Positions 37,673 to 47,335 of a stretch of 64,000 nucleotides of DNA are shown here, piece after piece. Each line of letters starts with the position of its first letter. Positions within the stretch are counted from its first letter, which is position 1. This DNA is from Deltaproteobacteria bacterium. GTDB lineage: Bacteria; Myxococcota; Kuafuiibacteriia; Kuafuiibacteriales; Kuafuiibacteriaceae. A program made the position numbers and the translations under genes. The DNA lies in assembly GCA_040218735.1 (NCBI GenBank), contig JAVJQW010000042.1, positions 64,001-128,000 of the forward strand, in the 5' to 3' direction. Below the pieces are notes generated by a model that searched no databases, was not told the origin of the DNA, and was given only the letters and a program-made list of their open reading frames with translations.

Positions 37673-38530
37673 CTACTCGCCGGCGTCGGCGAGGCGCCCT
37701 TCGAGCTCGGCGAGGCGGCGCGCGAGGGTTTCGGCGCGATCGCGCTCGGCGTCGGCGCGGCGGGCGGCGTCGGCGGCGCGCTCGCGCTCGGCCTCGGCGT
37801 CGCGCTGCGCGGCGTGCGCGGCTTCCTGGGCTTCCTCGGCTCTACGTTCGGCGGCCTGGGCCTCGCGTCGCGTGGCCGCGAGCGCTTGCTCGACCTCGTT
37901 GGTCTTCCGCCCGACCTCGTTCGCGGTCGGTAGCACGCGACCCTCGGCGTCGATCCACCGGAGCATCGGCTCCGTGCCGCCCGGGATGGCGGTTTCACGC
38001 ATCCCGAGCCGCAGCCCGAGCGGCGCGCAGTCGAGGCTGCCGTCCTCGGCCGGCTCGAGCGGGACGTAGACGCCGCCTTCGAGCGCCCATCCCTGGAACG
38101 TCTTCTCGATGGGGTGGAAGACGAAGTAGCGCGCGACCTTGAGGGTGTTCCGGTAGATCTCCTTCTTCGGGCCGAGGTCGTTGGCCTCCGTGGTGGGGGA
38201 GGTCAGCTCGACGACGACGTCCGGCGAGCGCCCGTCCTCTTCCCAGACCACCCAGCTCTTGCGGGGGTGGGGCCGCGTGCCCAGGACCACAAAGACGTCG
38301 GGGCCGAGGAAGTCGTTCTTCTTCGCCTGGGTCTCGGAGAAGTAGAGGAACATGTTCCCGCCGACGAAGAAGTCGTCGCGCTCCATCCATGCGTCCTTCA
38401 ACGAACGGATGAGCAGCGCCATCTGGTCGACGTGTTGGTAACTCTCCATCGGCTTCCCGTCGCTGTACGGGAGGTCCTCGCCCCGCGGAGGCATGCTCGG
38501 CGGGTAGGCAACCAGCGGGTGTTCGCTCAT
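37673..38530 (-). CDS. Uma2 family (PD-(D/E)XK) protein with a coiled-coil tail
   Basis: SDGKPMES, GPDVFVV, PDVVVELTSP, KKEIY; AERERA repeats. Confidence 0.88.
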   Translation of the reverse strand: MSEHPLVAYPPSMPPRGEDLPYSDGKPMESYQHVDQMALLIRSLKDAWMERDDFFVGGNMFLYFSETQAKKNDFLGPDVFVVLGTRPHPRKSWVVWEEDGRSPDVVVELTSPTTEANDLGPKKEIYRNTLKVARYFVFHPIEKTFQGWALEGGVYVPLEPAEDGSLDCAPLGLRLGMRETAIPGGTEPMLRWIDAEGRVLPTANEVGRKTNEVEQALAATRREAQAAERRAEEAQEAAHAAQRDAEAERERAADAARRADAERDRAETLARRLAELEGRLADAGE

Positions 38531-38649
38531 GGCCCTCACGATGACGCTCGGACGGCGGGTTTTGCAAGCTGGCGGCCCGGTCGTCCGAGTGACTTTCGAA
38601 CGCTCGCGTTGCGTCGACCTCGGTCCTTTGCTCTAGTGCCTCGCGCCCC

Positions 38650-39303
38650 ATGAGCGAACGCGACATCAAGGCCGACTCCCTCCTCGGGATGGCGGGGACG
38701 CTGCGTCGTGTCGCGCTCCTCGACGTCGATGCGGTGACGCTCGAGACGCGCGTGCAGACGGTCTTCGGGATCATCCGGTCCTGTTCGTTTGCGTCGGCGG
38801 TCGCGGCGCTCCAGCCGATCCCGCTCCTCGACACCCCCCTGTTGATCCCGATCCAGGTGCGCATGGTGCAGGCCCTGGGGCGCGCGCACGGCAAACAGAT
38901 GGACACGGGCTCGGTCCTCGAGATCCTCGACCTCTACGGCGCGGGGATCGCCGCCCAGTTCGCCCTGTTCGGGGCGGCGAAGCTCGTCCCGGTCGTCGGG
39001 TCCGTCTCGGTGGCGCCGCTCGCGTACTCACTCACGCTCTCGATCGGCGAGCTGTCCGATCACTACATCCAGCACGGCCGAAACGTGCTCCCGCGCCCCC
39101 TGGAGGCCGCGTGGCTGGAGGACGAGAAGGTCGCGAAGGCCTTCAAGCGGATCTTCGCGCGTAATCGGGCCGCCGCGGAGGCCAAGTTCGCGGAGAACAA
39201 CCTCGGCGATCGCCTGCAGCAGCTGCAGGATGCGCACAAACGGGGCCTCCTCACGGACGCCGAGCTGGCCGCCAAGCGCGACGCGCTCCTCCAGCAGTTG
39301 TGA
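38650..39303 (+). CDS. DUF697-like protein with a C-terminal SHOCT domain
   Basis: QPIPLLD..IQVRMVQALG; LQQLQDAHKRGLLTDAELAAKRDALL. Confidence 0.75.
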   Translation: MSERDIKADSLLGMAGTLRRVALLDVDAVTLETRVQTVFGIIRSCSFASAVAALQPIPLLDTPLLIPIQVRMVQALGRAHGKQMDTGSVLEILDLYGAGIAAQFALFGAAKLVPVVGSVSVAPLAYSLTLSIGELSDHYIQHGRNVLPRPLEAAWLEDEKVAKAFKRIFARNRAAAEAKFAENNLGDRLQQLQDAHKRGLLTDAELAAKRDALLQQL

Positions 39304-39337
39304 GACCGGGCCGCGCGGCCTACGATGGGAATTAGCT

Positions 39338-40246
39338 ATGTCTGCGCGCATGTCCGACCGCATCAACGTCATCGCGGTGACGTGGAACATGACCGATCAC
39401 TGCAACTTGACTTGCGCGAACTGCAATCACTCGTCGCCGCTGATGGACCGAGGATTCCTCGACCTCGAGCAGTTCGAACGTGACCTCGGCGTGCTCGAGA
39501 ACGTGATGCACGCCGAAGAGATCAAGCTCCTCGGCGGCGAACCGATGCTCCACCCGAAGATCTCGGACGCCGTGAAGCTCGCGAAGGCGAGCAAGGTCGC
39601 CGACAAGGTCCGCATCATCTCCAACGGCGTGCTCCTCCACCGCGCCGACGACGACTTCTGGAGCAACATCGACATCCTCGAGATCAGCGTCTACCCCGGC
39701 GTGAAGTACAAGGGGGGCGGCGAGGACGGCCTGCAAGCCTACCGCGACAAGGCGGCGGAGCACGGCGTGCACTTCTATCTACCGCCGCGCTGGGACTTCA
39801 AGAAGACGCTCCTCAACAACCGCATCGAGGATCCGGTCCTCGTCGATTACATCTATCGAAACTGCGGACAGATCTCGAAGTGGGGCTGCCACACCGTTCA
39901 AGACGGCCGCTACTACAAGTGCGGCCCCGCGCCGTACCTCGAGCCTCGCATGGCGAAGCGCGGCGAGCCGGTGAAGAACAAAGAGATCGACTCGGTCCCG
40001 CTGCACGACAACCCGAACCTGCGACAGGAGCTCGCCGAGTACCTCAACAGCGAGAAGCCGCTGAAGGCGTGTGAGTACTGCCTCGGCGAGAACGGCGTGA
40101 TGGTCGAACACAAGATGCTCCGCAAGCAGGAGATCATCGACGAGAACATGGCGGACGACGGCGACATCCAGAAGCAGGTCTACTTCCCTCCCGCGCAGCG
40201 CGTTCAGATGATGGTGAAGCGGAAGCTCCTGCGCGTCATTCAGTAG
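39338..40246 (+). CDS. Radical SAM protein
   Basis: CNLTCANC, LLGGEPMLHP, SNG; extra C-terminal cysteines (YYKC, CEYC). Confidence 0.88.
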   Translation: MSARMSDRINVIAVTWNMTDHCNLTCANCNHSSPLMDRGFLDLEQFERDLGVLENVMHAEEIKLLGGEPMLHPKISDAVKLAKASKVADKVRIISNGVLLHRADDDFWSNIDILEISVYPGVKYKGGGEDGLQAYRDKAAEHGVHFYLPPRWDFKKTLLNNRIEDPVLVDYIYRNCGQISKWGCHTVQDGRYYKCGPAPYLEPRMAKRGEPVKNKEIDSVPLHDNPNLRQELAEYLNSEKPLKACEYCLGENGVMVEHKMLRKQEIIDENMADDGDIQKQVYFPPAQRVQMMVKRKLLRVIQ

Positions 40247-40261
40247 GCACCGCGGCCGCGC

Positions 40262-41671
40262 TCACTCGTAGCGCTTCTTGAGGCCGTGTTTCTTGATCTT
40301 GTCGACCAGCGTTCGGACCGCGATGCCGAGCCGTTTCGCGGCCTCGGTTTGATTTCCGTTCGTCGCTTCGAGCGCGGCGCGGATGCAGTTGGCCTCGAAC
40401 GCAGCGGTCCGGGTCTTCAAGTTCTCGCTGGCGTCGAGATCGGTGGGCCCGTCGACGCTCGGTCGGTCGAGGACGCGGCTCGGAAGGTCGTCGGCGCACA
40501 TCGCCGGCCCAGACCCGATGACGACGGCGCTCTCGATCGCGTTCTTCAGCTCACGCACGTTGCCTCTCCATTCGAGTGATTCGAGCATCGTCATGACTTC
40601 TTCGGAGATCGTCTTCACGCGGCCGTTGGGGAAGCGCGTGTTGGCGTCGGCGAGGAACTCGAGCGCCAGGGGGCGGATCTCGGACTTGCGCTCCCGGAGC
40701 GGAGGAATCTCGAACGCGATGCCGCGAAGTCGCCACAAGAGGTCTTCGCGGAACTCACCGCGCGCCACCATGGCCTCGAGGTCGCGATGAGTCGCTGCGA
40801 TGATGCGGCAGTCCACCGCTCTCTCCTCGTGTGCCCCCACCGCAGTGACGCGTCGGGTGTCCAACACACGAAGGAGCGCGACCTGTGTTTGCGGGCGAAG
40901 CTCTCCGACTTCGTCCAGGAAGACGTACCCGGGACCTGCTGCCTCGAAGACACCAGCCCTCCGTTCCGTCGCGCCGGTGAACGCGCCCTTCTCGTGACCG
41001 AACAACGTGCTCTCGATCAGGTCCTTCGGGATCGCGCCGCAGTTGACCGCGAGGAAGGGCGCGTTCGCGAGCGCGCTCCTCGCGTGGATCGATCGCGCAA
41101 CGACCTCCTTGCCGACACCCGTCTCCCCGAGCAGGAGCACGCTGACCGGCGCTTCCGCGACGCGGTCGAGTCGAGCGTGGAGTGCTCGCATGACGTCGCT
41201 CGCAATGACAACGCCGTCCTCACTCGTGTCGCGACTCGACGTCTCTTCGTTCGGCGCGTCCAGCACATGAATCTCGACGTCTCCCGCGAGGAGCGCCTCG
41301 CCCACACGGAGCTCGGCGCGTGTCACGCGTTCCCCGCGTACCTCGATGCCGGAGCGTGACTCGAGATCTTCGACGACGAGGTGTCCGCCGACGCGGCGCA
41401 TCCGAGCGTGTCGCTCGCAGAGGCTGGGATCCGAGACGACGACGTCGGCGTCGACGCCACGACCGAAGACGATCGCGCGCCGATCCGAGAGGCTGATCGT
41501 CTGGACACCGGAGGTGTGATCGAAACGCAAGGTGACTTGCCGCCGTCGCTCGGCGGGTGCCGCGTCGTGCGCTCTTGCGAACACCGGCTGCTCGCCAGGC
41601 GAGCGTCCCGTGGGTTCTCCAAGCGCGAGGCGACGGTCATCCTGACCAGGCTCGCTACGCTTCGTCGTCAC
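40262..41671 (-). CDS. FHA-domain sigma-54 activator
   Basis: FGR..ERHA..DLESRSG FHA; [25 protein letters not shown]; start uncertain. Confidence 0.9.
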   Translation of the reverse strand: MTTKRSEPGQDDRRLALGEPTGRSPGEQPVFARAHDAAPAERRRQVTLRFDHTSGVQTISLSDRRAIVFGRGVDADVVVSDPSLCERHARMRRVGGHLVVEDLESRSGIEVRGERVTRAELRVGEALLAGDVEIHVLDAPNEETSSRDTSEDGVVIASDVMRALHARLDRVAEAPVSVLLLGETGVGKEVVARSIHARSALANAPFLAVNCGAIPKDLIESTLFGHEKGAFTGATERRAGVFEAAGPGYVFLDEVGELRPQTQVALLRVLDTRRVTAVGAHEERAVDCRIIAATHRDLEAMVARGEFREDLLWRLRGIAFEIPPLRERKSEIRPLALEFLADANTRFPNGRVKTISEEVMTMLESLEWRGNVRELKNAIESAVVIGSGPAMCADDLPSRVLDRPSVDGPTDLDASENLKTRTAAFEANCIRAALEATNGNQTEAAKRLGIAVRTLVDKIKKHGLKKRYE

Positions 41672-41926
41672 AACTCTTCTTGTGCGCTATCCGTGTATCC
41701 TAAACACGCGTCTCGATGACTTGCGCACGTGATCTGACTCGGCGGGAAATGGGTTGGACCTAAGGAACGACATCGTCCCTCGCGATGACTTCGTATCAGT
41801 CGGAAACGATCCGAGTCTGAACCTGCCCGATCGTTCAGCGAGCGGTGCCGGCGGTTCTCCGCGCGAAAGCGCAAACTCCCTCCACAGCCCACCATCGCCC
41901 AGGCGACGTCCAGACGGCGTCGTCGT

Positions 41927-41942
41927 TGGTACGGTCCTTGGA
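41927..41942 (+). promoter_or_regulatory. Possible variant sigma-54 promoter
   Basis: TGGTACGGTCCTTGGA (GG instead of GC at -12), 13 nt before ATG 41956. Confidence 0.35.
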
Positions 41943-41955
41943 ACTCGTCGAGCGT

Positions 41956-42978
41956 ATGAAGACGCAGCGAAGAGATGACCACGACATGACGATGACTTGG
42001 CGGGCGAGGCTCGATGTCGACGAGCTCGTCGGTCGGAGCCAGTCTCTGGCCGACGTCTTCGAACGCATTAGCGCGGTGTGCGGGTTCGAGGGGCTCGCGA
42101 CGTTGATCACGGGCGCGACCGGAACGGGCAAGACTGCGGTCGCGCGAGCGATTCATCGCAACAGTCATCGCGGCGGTCACTTCGCGATGGTGAACTGCGC
42201 AGCCCTCCCCGACGCGCTCGTCGAGAGTGAGTTGTTCGGCGCAGAGCGTGGAAGTCACTCGACGGCTGACGCGCGGCGCGTCGGAAAGGTGGAAGCGGCG
42301 ACCGGCGGAACACTCTTCCTCGATGAGATCGCCGACCTGTCGATGACCGCGCAGGCGAAGCTCCTGACTGTGCTCCAGTCGCGCGAGCTCTACCGTTTGG
42401 GTGGGCTCGAACCCATCCACGTCGACTTCCGCCTGGTCTGCGCGACGAACGTAGACCTTCACGCGCGGGTCGCGGAGGGGCGCTTCCGCCTCGACCTCCT
42501 GCACCGCATCGACGGCTTCCCGATTCGAATGCCGGGCCTCGACGAGCGTCGTGAAGACGTTCCGCTCCTCGCCGAGCACGTTCTCACGAACTTCGCGCGG
42601 CAGTGCCGTCGCGACGTGCTCCGCCTGGCCCCGTCCGCGGCCATCGCACTGATCACTCGGACGTGGCCGGGTCACGTCCGCGAGCTCGAGAACGTCGTTC
42701 GTAGGGGCGCCGTCGTTGCATGGATGGCAGGCGCGCAGACGTTGGACGTCCCCCACCTGTACTGCGACAAGCCCGTGCAGGCCCCCGTGTCTCTTCGCAG
42801 CGCGGTGACGGGATTCAAGCGAGCGGTGCTCTTGGAGGTCCTCGGCCGGACGGGGTGGAGCACGTCAGCCGCCGCGAGCGCGCTCGGCATCGCGCGGTCA
42901 CACGTCTACAACCTCATCCGCGACTACGACATCGTGCTTCCGTCGGCGCGTCACGCCGACGCGGGTTGCGCGAGGTAG
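41956..42978 (+). CDS. Sigma-54 activator-like AAA+ protein with GSHSTA in place of GAFTGA and no sensory domain
   Basis: GATGTGKT, ESELFG, FLDEIAD, WPGHVRELEN, C-terminal HTH. Confidence 0.85.
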   Translation: MKTQRRDDHDMTMTWRARLDVDELVGRSQSLADVFERISAVCGFEGLATLITGATGTGKTAVARAIHRNSHRGGHFAMVNCAALPDALVESELFGAERGSHSTADARRVGKVEAATGGTLFLDEIADLSMTAQAKLLTVLQSRELYRLGGLEPIHVDFRLVCATNVDLHARVAEGRFRLDLLHRIDGFPIRMPGLDERREDVPLLAEHVLTNFARQCRRDVLRLAPSAAIALITRTWPGHVRELENVVRRGAVVAWMAGAQTLDVPHLYCDKPVQAPVSLRSAVTGFKRAVLLEVLGRTGWSTSAAASALGIARSHVYNLIRDYDIVLPSARHADAGCAR

Positions 42979-44486
42979 TTCTTCACCAAGGCGCGCTCTA
43001 GCTCCGCCTCGCGCGCGAGCAGCCACACCGGTTGGGCGTTGTTCGGCAAGTTGGCTTGCACGGCCGAGGTGACCGTTTGGTCCAGCGGATCCTTCGCGGC
43101 GAGGTAGACGAGCTCGGTCTCGCCTTCCCGCTTGAGCGCGACCGGGAGGACGCGGTGCTCTGTCGCGAGCTCACGAGGGACCGCCTGCAATACGCGAGGG
43201 TGGATATGCGGAGCCGTCGGTCGCCAGATGTCCAGGCCGAGCTGTCGGCTCAGCGCATTGAGCAGGCGGTCCTCGGTGATGGCGCCGCGTTCGACGAGCA
43301 GGCGACCGAGCCGGTGTTTGGTGGTGGGTTGGACCGCGAGCGCTTCTTCGAGCGCGCTCGGCGTGATCATGCCCATCTGCACGAGGAGCTCGCCGAGGAG
43401 TCCACCGACACCCTGCCGCGGATTCTTGGGCGGGCGTGGTGAATCCGTCGTGGCCTCGAGGTCACGAGAGAGCGAGGCGAACAAATCACTCGACGGCGAC
43501 TGCGCCTCGTAGCGCCGGTTGCGATCGCGCTCCGCGACCGACCGCACGTGTTGCCGTGAGGGACGCAGGCTCCGACTGTTGAGGCGATCGATCTCCAGCA
43601 CGACCTCGTCCGCGCTCGACGGGCGATCCGCCGGATCCTTCTCCAGCAACGCCATCGCGATCTTCTCGAGCCCGCCCACGTCGCGGAGCGGCGGCGGCGG
43701 ATCCTTCACGTGTCGGACGAGCTGCTCGACCGGGTTCGGATCCGGGAAGATGCGACGCCCCGCGAGCATCTCGTAGAGGATCGCGCCCAACGCGTAGAGG
43801 TCACAGCTCGCGGTGATGTCACGGTCGAGCGCTTGCTCCGGCGCCATGTACCCCGGCGTCCCCATCAACAACCCCGTGCGTGTCATACGGGTGTCGCCGG
43901 GGCCTTCGGTGTCGTAGACCACGCCGAAGTCCAACAGCTTCACGTACTCGAACCCCGCCTCGCTCGTGAGCATGACGTTGGCGGGTTTGAGGTCGCGGTG
44001 CACGAGGCCGACGGCGTGCGCCGCGGACAAGCCGCTCGCGAGCTGCCGGGTGATCGACGCCGCGCGCGCCGCCGGGAACCGCGCGTGACGATCGAGCGCG
44101 TCCTTCAGGTTGAGGCCCTGCACGTGTTCCATGACGAGGAAGCGCAAGCCCTCCTTCGTCCCGCCGAACGCACGCACCGCGACGACGTTCGGGTGACGCA
44201 CGCGCGATAGTGACTTTGCCTCGAGCTCGAAGCGACGAACGATCGTGCGGTTCGCCGCGAGCTCTCCGGCCATCACCTTGAGCGCGTGGATCTGTCCGGT
44301 CTCGGTGTCCTCGACGCGGTAGACGTTGCCCATCCCGCCGGAGCCGATGCACTCCAGGACGCGGAAGCGATGGATCGTCTGGCCGACGACCGGGTCGTCG
44401 ACCTGGTCGACGAGCTGCGTCCCGTCGACGCCGCAGAACGCGACGTCTTCGCGATAGACCGCAGCGCACTTCGGACAGACGCGCAC
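42951..44486 (-). CDS. Ser/Thr kinase with a C-terminal MshEN/T2SSE_N domain
   Basis: CPKC..CGVD ribbon, GSGGMG, HRDLKPAN, DFG, GTPGYMAPE; LLGELLVQMG..ALAVQ..RLGRLLVERG..ALSRQ. Confidence 0.9.
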   Translation of the reverse strand: MRVCPKCAAVYREDVAFCGVDGTQLVDQVDDPVVGQTIHRFRVLECIGSGGMGNVYRVEDTETGQIHALKVMAGELAANRTIVRRFELEAKSLSRVRHPNVVAVRAFGGTKEGLRFLVMEHVQGLNLKDALDRHARFPAARAASITRQLASGLSAAHAVGLVHRDLKPANVMLTSEAGFEYVKLLDFGVVYDTEGPGDTRMTRTGLLMGTPGYMAPEQALDRDITASCDLYALGAILYEMLAGRRIFPDPNPVEQLVRHVKDPPPPLRDVGGLEKIAMALLEKDPADRPSSADEVVLEIDRLNSRSLRPSRQHVRSVAERDRNRRYEAQSPSSDLFASLSRDLEATTDSPRPPKNPRQGVGGLLGELLVQMGMITPSALEEALAVQPTTKHRLGRLLVERGAITEDRLLNALSRQLGLDIWRPTAPHIHPRVLQAVPRELATEHRVLPVALKREGETELVYLAAKDPLDQTVTSAVQANLPNNAQPVWLLAREAELERALVKNYLAQPASA

Positions 44487-44508
44487 CGCGCGAAGGGTAG
44501 CGCGACGT

Positions 44509-45507
44509 TCAACCGATCCGCGAGCGCACCGCCGCCTTCATCAGATCCAGGTAGGCGCGGCGCTGCCGAGGATACGCCTGGATCGACCGGGTGAACGCGC
44601 GCTGCGCATCCGCCCAGTCTCCCGTACGCGCGGCGGCGGTCCCCGTCTGGTAGTACGCGGCGCCCGCGACGCGGTCGACGACCTCCCGGTGCGCTTCGTA
44701 GAACCCCGGGACGCGACGCCACACGTCTTCGACCAGGTGCAGAATTCCGGCCGCCGCTGCGGTGGGGTTCTTCGAGATCTGATCCGGGTGCCGACGGTAG
44801 TGCATCACGGGGACGTCCACGTAGGCGATCGGGTGGCGTAGTGCGATGCGTGCGACCAGGTGCCAGTCCTCGTACTGCCCGACGCGTTCGTCGAAACCGC
44901 CCACCTCTTCGAGTGCATCTTTTCGAAACAGTGAAGCGTTCCCCCAGCACAGGTGCATCAGCGCGATCAGCGGCGCGGCGCGGCCGGCGTACACGTGACG
45001 GTCGACGTGTTGCCCCGGCACCGGGAGGCCAAGCTCGCGGCACGTCTTGTGCGCACCGAACGCCCGCGCCAACTCTTCGGCGAAGGGGCGCTGCGTGGGG
45101 CCGATCCAGAAGTGATGGAGCGCGTGTTCGACCGTCACCCGCCCGTCGACGAGCTCCGACAGATCCCCACCGACGAGCGCGATCTCGGCGAAGCGTTCGA
45201 GCACCGCGAGGTGGGTCGCGATTCGGTGCGAGAGCTGGATGTCGTCGGCGTCGCAGAACGCCACGTAGTCGCTGCGCGCCGCGCGGATGCCCGCGTTGCG
45301 CGCGGCGCTCGGGCCCGCGTTGGCTTGGAAGATCCCGCGGACGCGATCGCCGAACGACTCGATGACGGCGCGGCTGCCGTCGGTCGAGCCGTCATCGACG
45401 AGGATGATTTCCAGGTCTTGGTGGTCTTGCGCGAGGATCGAGTCCACCGCCGCCGCGAGGTAGGCCTCGGCGTTGTAGACGGGGACGACGACGCTGACGC
45501 GCGGCAC
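44509..45507 (-). CDS. Glycosyltransferase family 2
   Basis: VSVVVPVYN, VDDGSTD, ARNAG, DADD, EDW. Confidence 0.92.
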   Translation of the reverse strand: MPRVSVVVPVYNAEAYLAAAVDSILAQDHQDLEIILVDDGSTDGSRAVIESFGDRVRGIFQANAGPSAARNAGIRAARSDYVAFCDADDIQLSHRIATHLAVLERFAEIALVGGDLSELVDGRVTVEHALHHFWIGPTQRPFAEELARAFGAHKTCRELGLPVPGQHVDRHVYAGRAAPLIALMHLCWGNASLFRKDALEEVGGFDERVGQYEDWHLVARIALRHPIAYVDVPVMHYRRHPDQISKNPTAAAAGILHLVEDVWRRVPGFYEAHREVVDRVAGAAYYQTGTAAARTGDWADAQRAFTRSIQAYPRQRRAYLDLMKAAVRSRIG

Positions 45508-45512
45508 GAAGC

Positions 45513-45749
45513 TCAGCTCTTCTTGGACTCGAGCAGCTTCACGATGTCGGCGACGGTGTCGAAGTTGTCCGGCGTCAGCTCGGCGTCTTCGATGACGATC
45601 GAGAACTCACTCTCGATGAACTGTACGAGCTTCATGATGCCGAGGGAGTCGATGATGCCGCTCTCGACGAGCGAGTCGTCGTCGAGGTCGATGTTGCGGT
45701 CGGCGGCCTCCTTCTCGAGGAACGCCTGGAGCTTCTCTTTGTAAGCCAC
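45513..45749 (-). CDS. Acyl carrier protein
   Basis: GIIDSL phosphopantetheine site; acidic, 78 aa; GTG start. Confidence 0.85.
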   Translation of the reverse strand: MAYKEKLQAFLEKEAADRNIDLDDDSLVESGIIDSLGIMKLVQFIESEFSIVIEDAELTPDNFDTVADIVKLLESKKS

Positions 45750-45823
45750 GCGCCGGGCATAACACGACCCTGTGACGCGGCCAACGTAGCGCGGCACCGG
45801 TCGAGCCGGGTAGTCTGAGGTCC

Positions 45824-47335
45824 GTGGCGCGGCGGTGGTTGTGGGTTCTTGGTGCTTGGCTCGCGGCCTGTAGCGGCGGACCGGTGGAGACCCCATCGAC
45901 GCTGATCGACGCGGGTGAGATCGCCGACGGAGGGCGCGACGCCGGGCGCCGCGACGCAGGCGGCACGAACGACGCCGGAGCGCCGGACGGCGGCGCACGC
46001 GATGCAGGCCCGCGCGACGCCGGACCCGACGGCGGCGTGCGTGACGGCGGTCCGCGCGACGGCGGAGCGCGCGATGGCGGGCCGGACGGTGGCCTCCGCG
46101 ACGGTGGCTTCCGCGACGGTGGGCCCCGCGACGGCGGGCGCGACGGCGGTGTGATGGACGCGACCCCGCCGAGCGGCTTCGTCGACACGCTGATCGACGA
46201 CACGTTCCTGCAGGGCACGGACCTCGACCTCGTCGACATCGACGGCGACACGGACCTCGACGCCGTCGCCTCGTTCTCGGGCACCGAGACCGTCCGCCTC
46301 TACGTGAACGGGGGGCCCGGAGTGGTGGGCGACGGATCGACGTGGACGAGCGTCGACGTGGCGCCGCTGAATTCGATCGTCGCGTCGGGCCACGCCGAAG
46401 GTGACTTCGACGGGGACACCCGCCTCGACATCGTCGCGTTCGGTGCCTACACGGTCGGCGCGCCGTTCATGTCGCCGAGTCGCATCGCCTGGTACGCGCA
46501 GCCGACCGTCGTGAACGGTGCGTGGACCGAGAACGTCGTGCTCACCACCGGCATCTACGGGTTGTCGGCGATCGCGGTGGGCGACCTGTCGGGCGATGGG
46601 TTGCCGGATCTGATCGTCGGCGCGGAACCCACGAACGACGAAAACGGGATGGCGACGGGCGACGGGATCTTCTGGCTCCGCAACCAGGGCGGCGGTGTGT
46701 TCACGGCGCCGATCATCATCGACCTCGGATTGTCGGCGGTGGTGCAGATCCGGATCGCGGACATCGATCGCGACGGGGTGGACGACATCGTCGCGTCGGG
46801 ACGGGGGAGCAACAAGATCACCTGGTACGAGAACCCGCGGACGGCGGGGATGACCGACGACAACCCGATCTTCGTCGCTCACGACGTGGTGCTGGTGACG
46901 GAGGCCAACGGGTTCGACCTCGGGCAGCTCGACGCCGACGCGGACCTCGAGCTGGTCGTGGGTTACGACGACGGCGTGGGCGGCGCGATCGCGGCCTACG
47001 ATCCCCCGCTGGACCCCACGATGCCCTGGACGGCCTCCGTCATCGACGCGACGCTGGGAGGCCCCACGCAGCCCCTGCGCGTGTCGATCGCGGACTTCAA
47101 CGGCGATGGCCTCATGGACGTGGTTGCGACCTCCAACGCGGCGGCCACGATGCGCGTGTACACCCGCCTCTTCGGCGGGGGCTGGTTCCCCCAGACCGTC
47201 ACGTCACAGTTGACCGGTTTGCTCGACGTCGATACGGGAGACATCGACGGGGACGGCCTCGACGACCTGTCGACCGTCACGCGCGATCTCGCGCTGACCC
47301 GAGACGAGCTCAGCTGGTGGCGAACGCAACCCTGA
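45824..47335 (+). CDS. FG-GAP/VCBS repeat lipoprotein
   Basis: Lipobox LAAC; repeated DIDGD/DFNGDG motifs. Confidence 0.85.
   Translation: MARRWLWVLGAWLAACSGGPVETPSTLIDAGEIADGGRDAGRRDAGGTNDAGAPDGGARDAGPRDAGPDGGVRDGGPRDGGARDGGPDGGLRDGGFRDGGPRDGGRDGGVMDATPPSGFVDTLIDDTFLQGTDLDLVDIDGDTDLDAVASFSGTETVRLYVNGGPGVVGDGSTWTSVDVAPLNSIVASGHAEGDFDGDTRLDIVAFGAYTVGAPFMSPSRIAWYAQPTVVNGAWTENVVLTTGIYGLSAIAVGDLSGDGLPDLIVGAEPTNDENGMATGDGIFWLRNQGGGVFTAPIIIDLGLSAVVQIRIADIDRDGVDDIVASGRGSNKITWYENPRTAGMTDDNPIFVAHDVVLVTEANGFDLGQLDADADLELVVGYDDGVGGAIAAYDPPLDPTMPWTASVIDATLGGPTQPLRVSIADFNGDGLMDVVATSNAAATMRVYTRLFGGGWFPQTVTSQLTGLLDVDTGDIDGDGLDDLSTVTRDLALTRDELSWWRTQP
45908..46160 (+). repeat. Low-complexity (R)DAG/(R)DGG coding repeat
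   Basis: Many consecutive DAG/DGG units; cgcgacgg recurs every 12-15 bp. Confidence 0.8.

Noticed and set aside
37673-38530. Uma2 gene as a restriction system or mobile element
   Set aside because: Widely expanded family; no cognate methyltransferase or terminal repeats nearby
45908-46160. RDGG repeat as a novel element
   Set aside because: Common low-complexity linker of myxobacterial lipoproteins
46522-47316. N-terminal extension of RecQ (similar cases: 35874-37088, 45513-45998, 58370-60214)
   Set aside because: Overlaps another real gene in a different frame and has shadow-like composition
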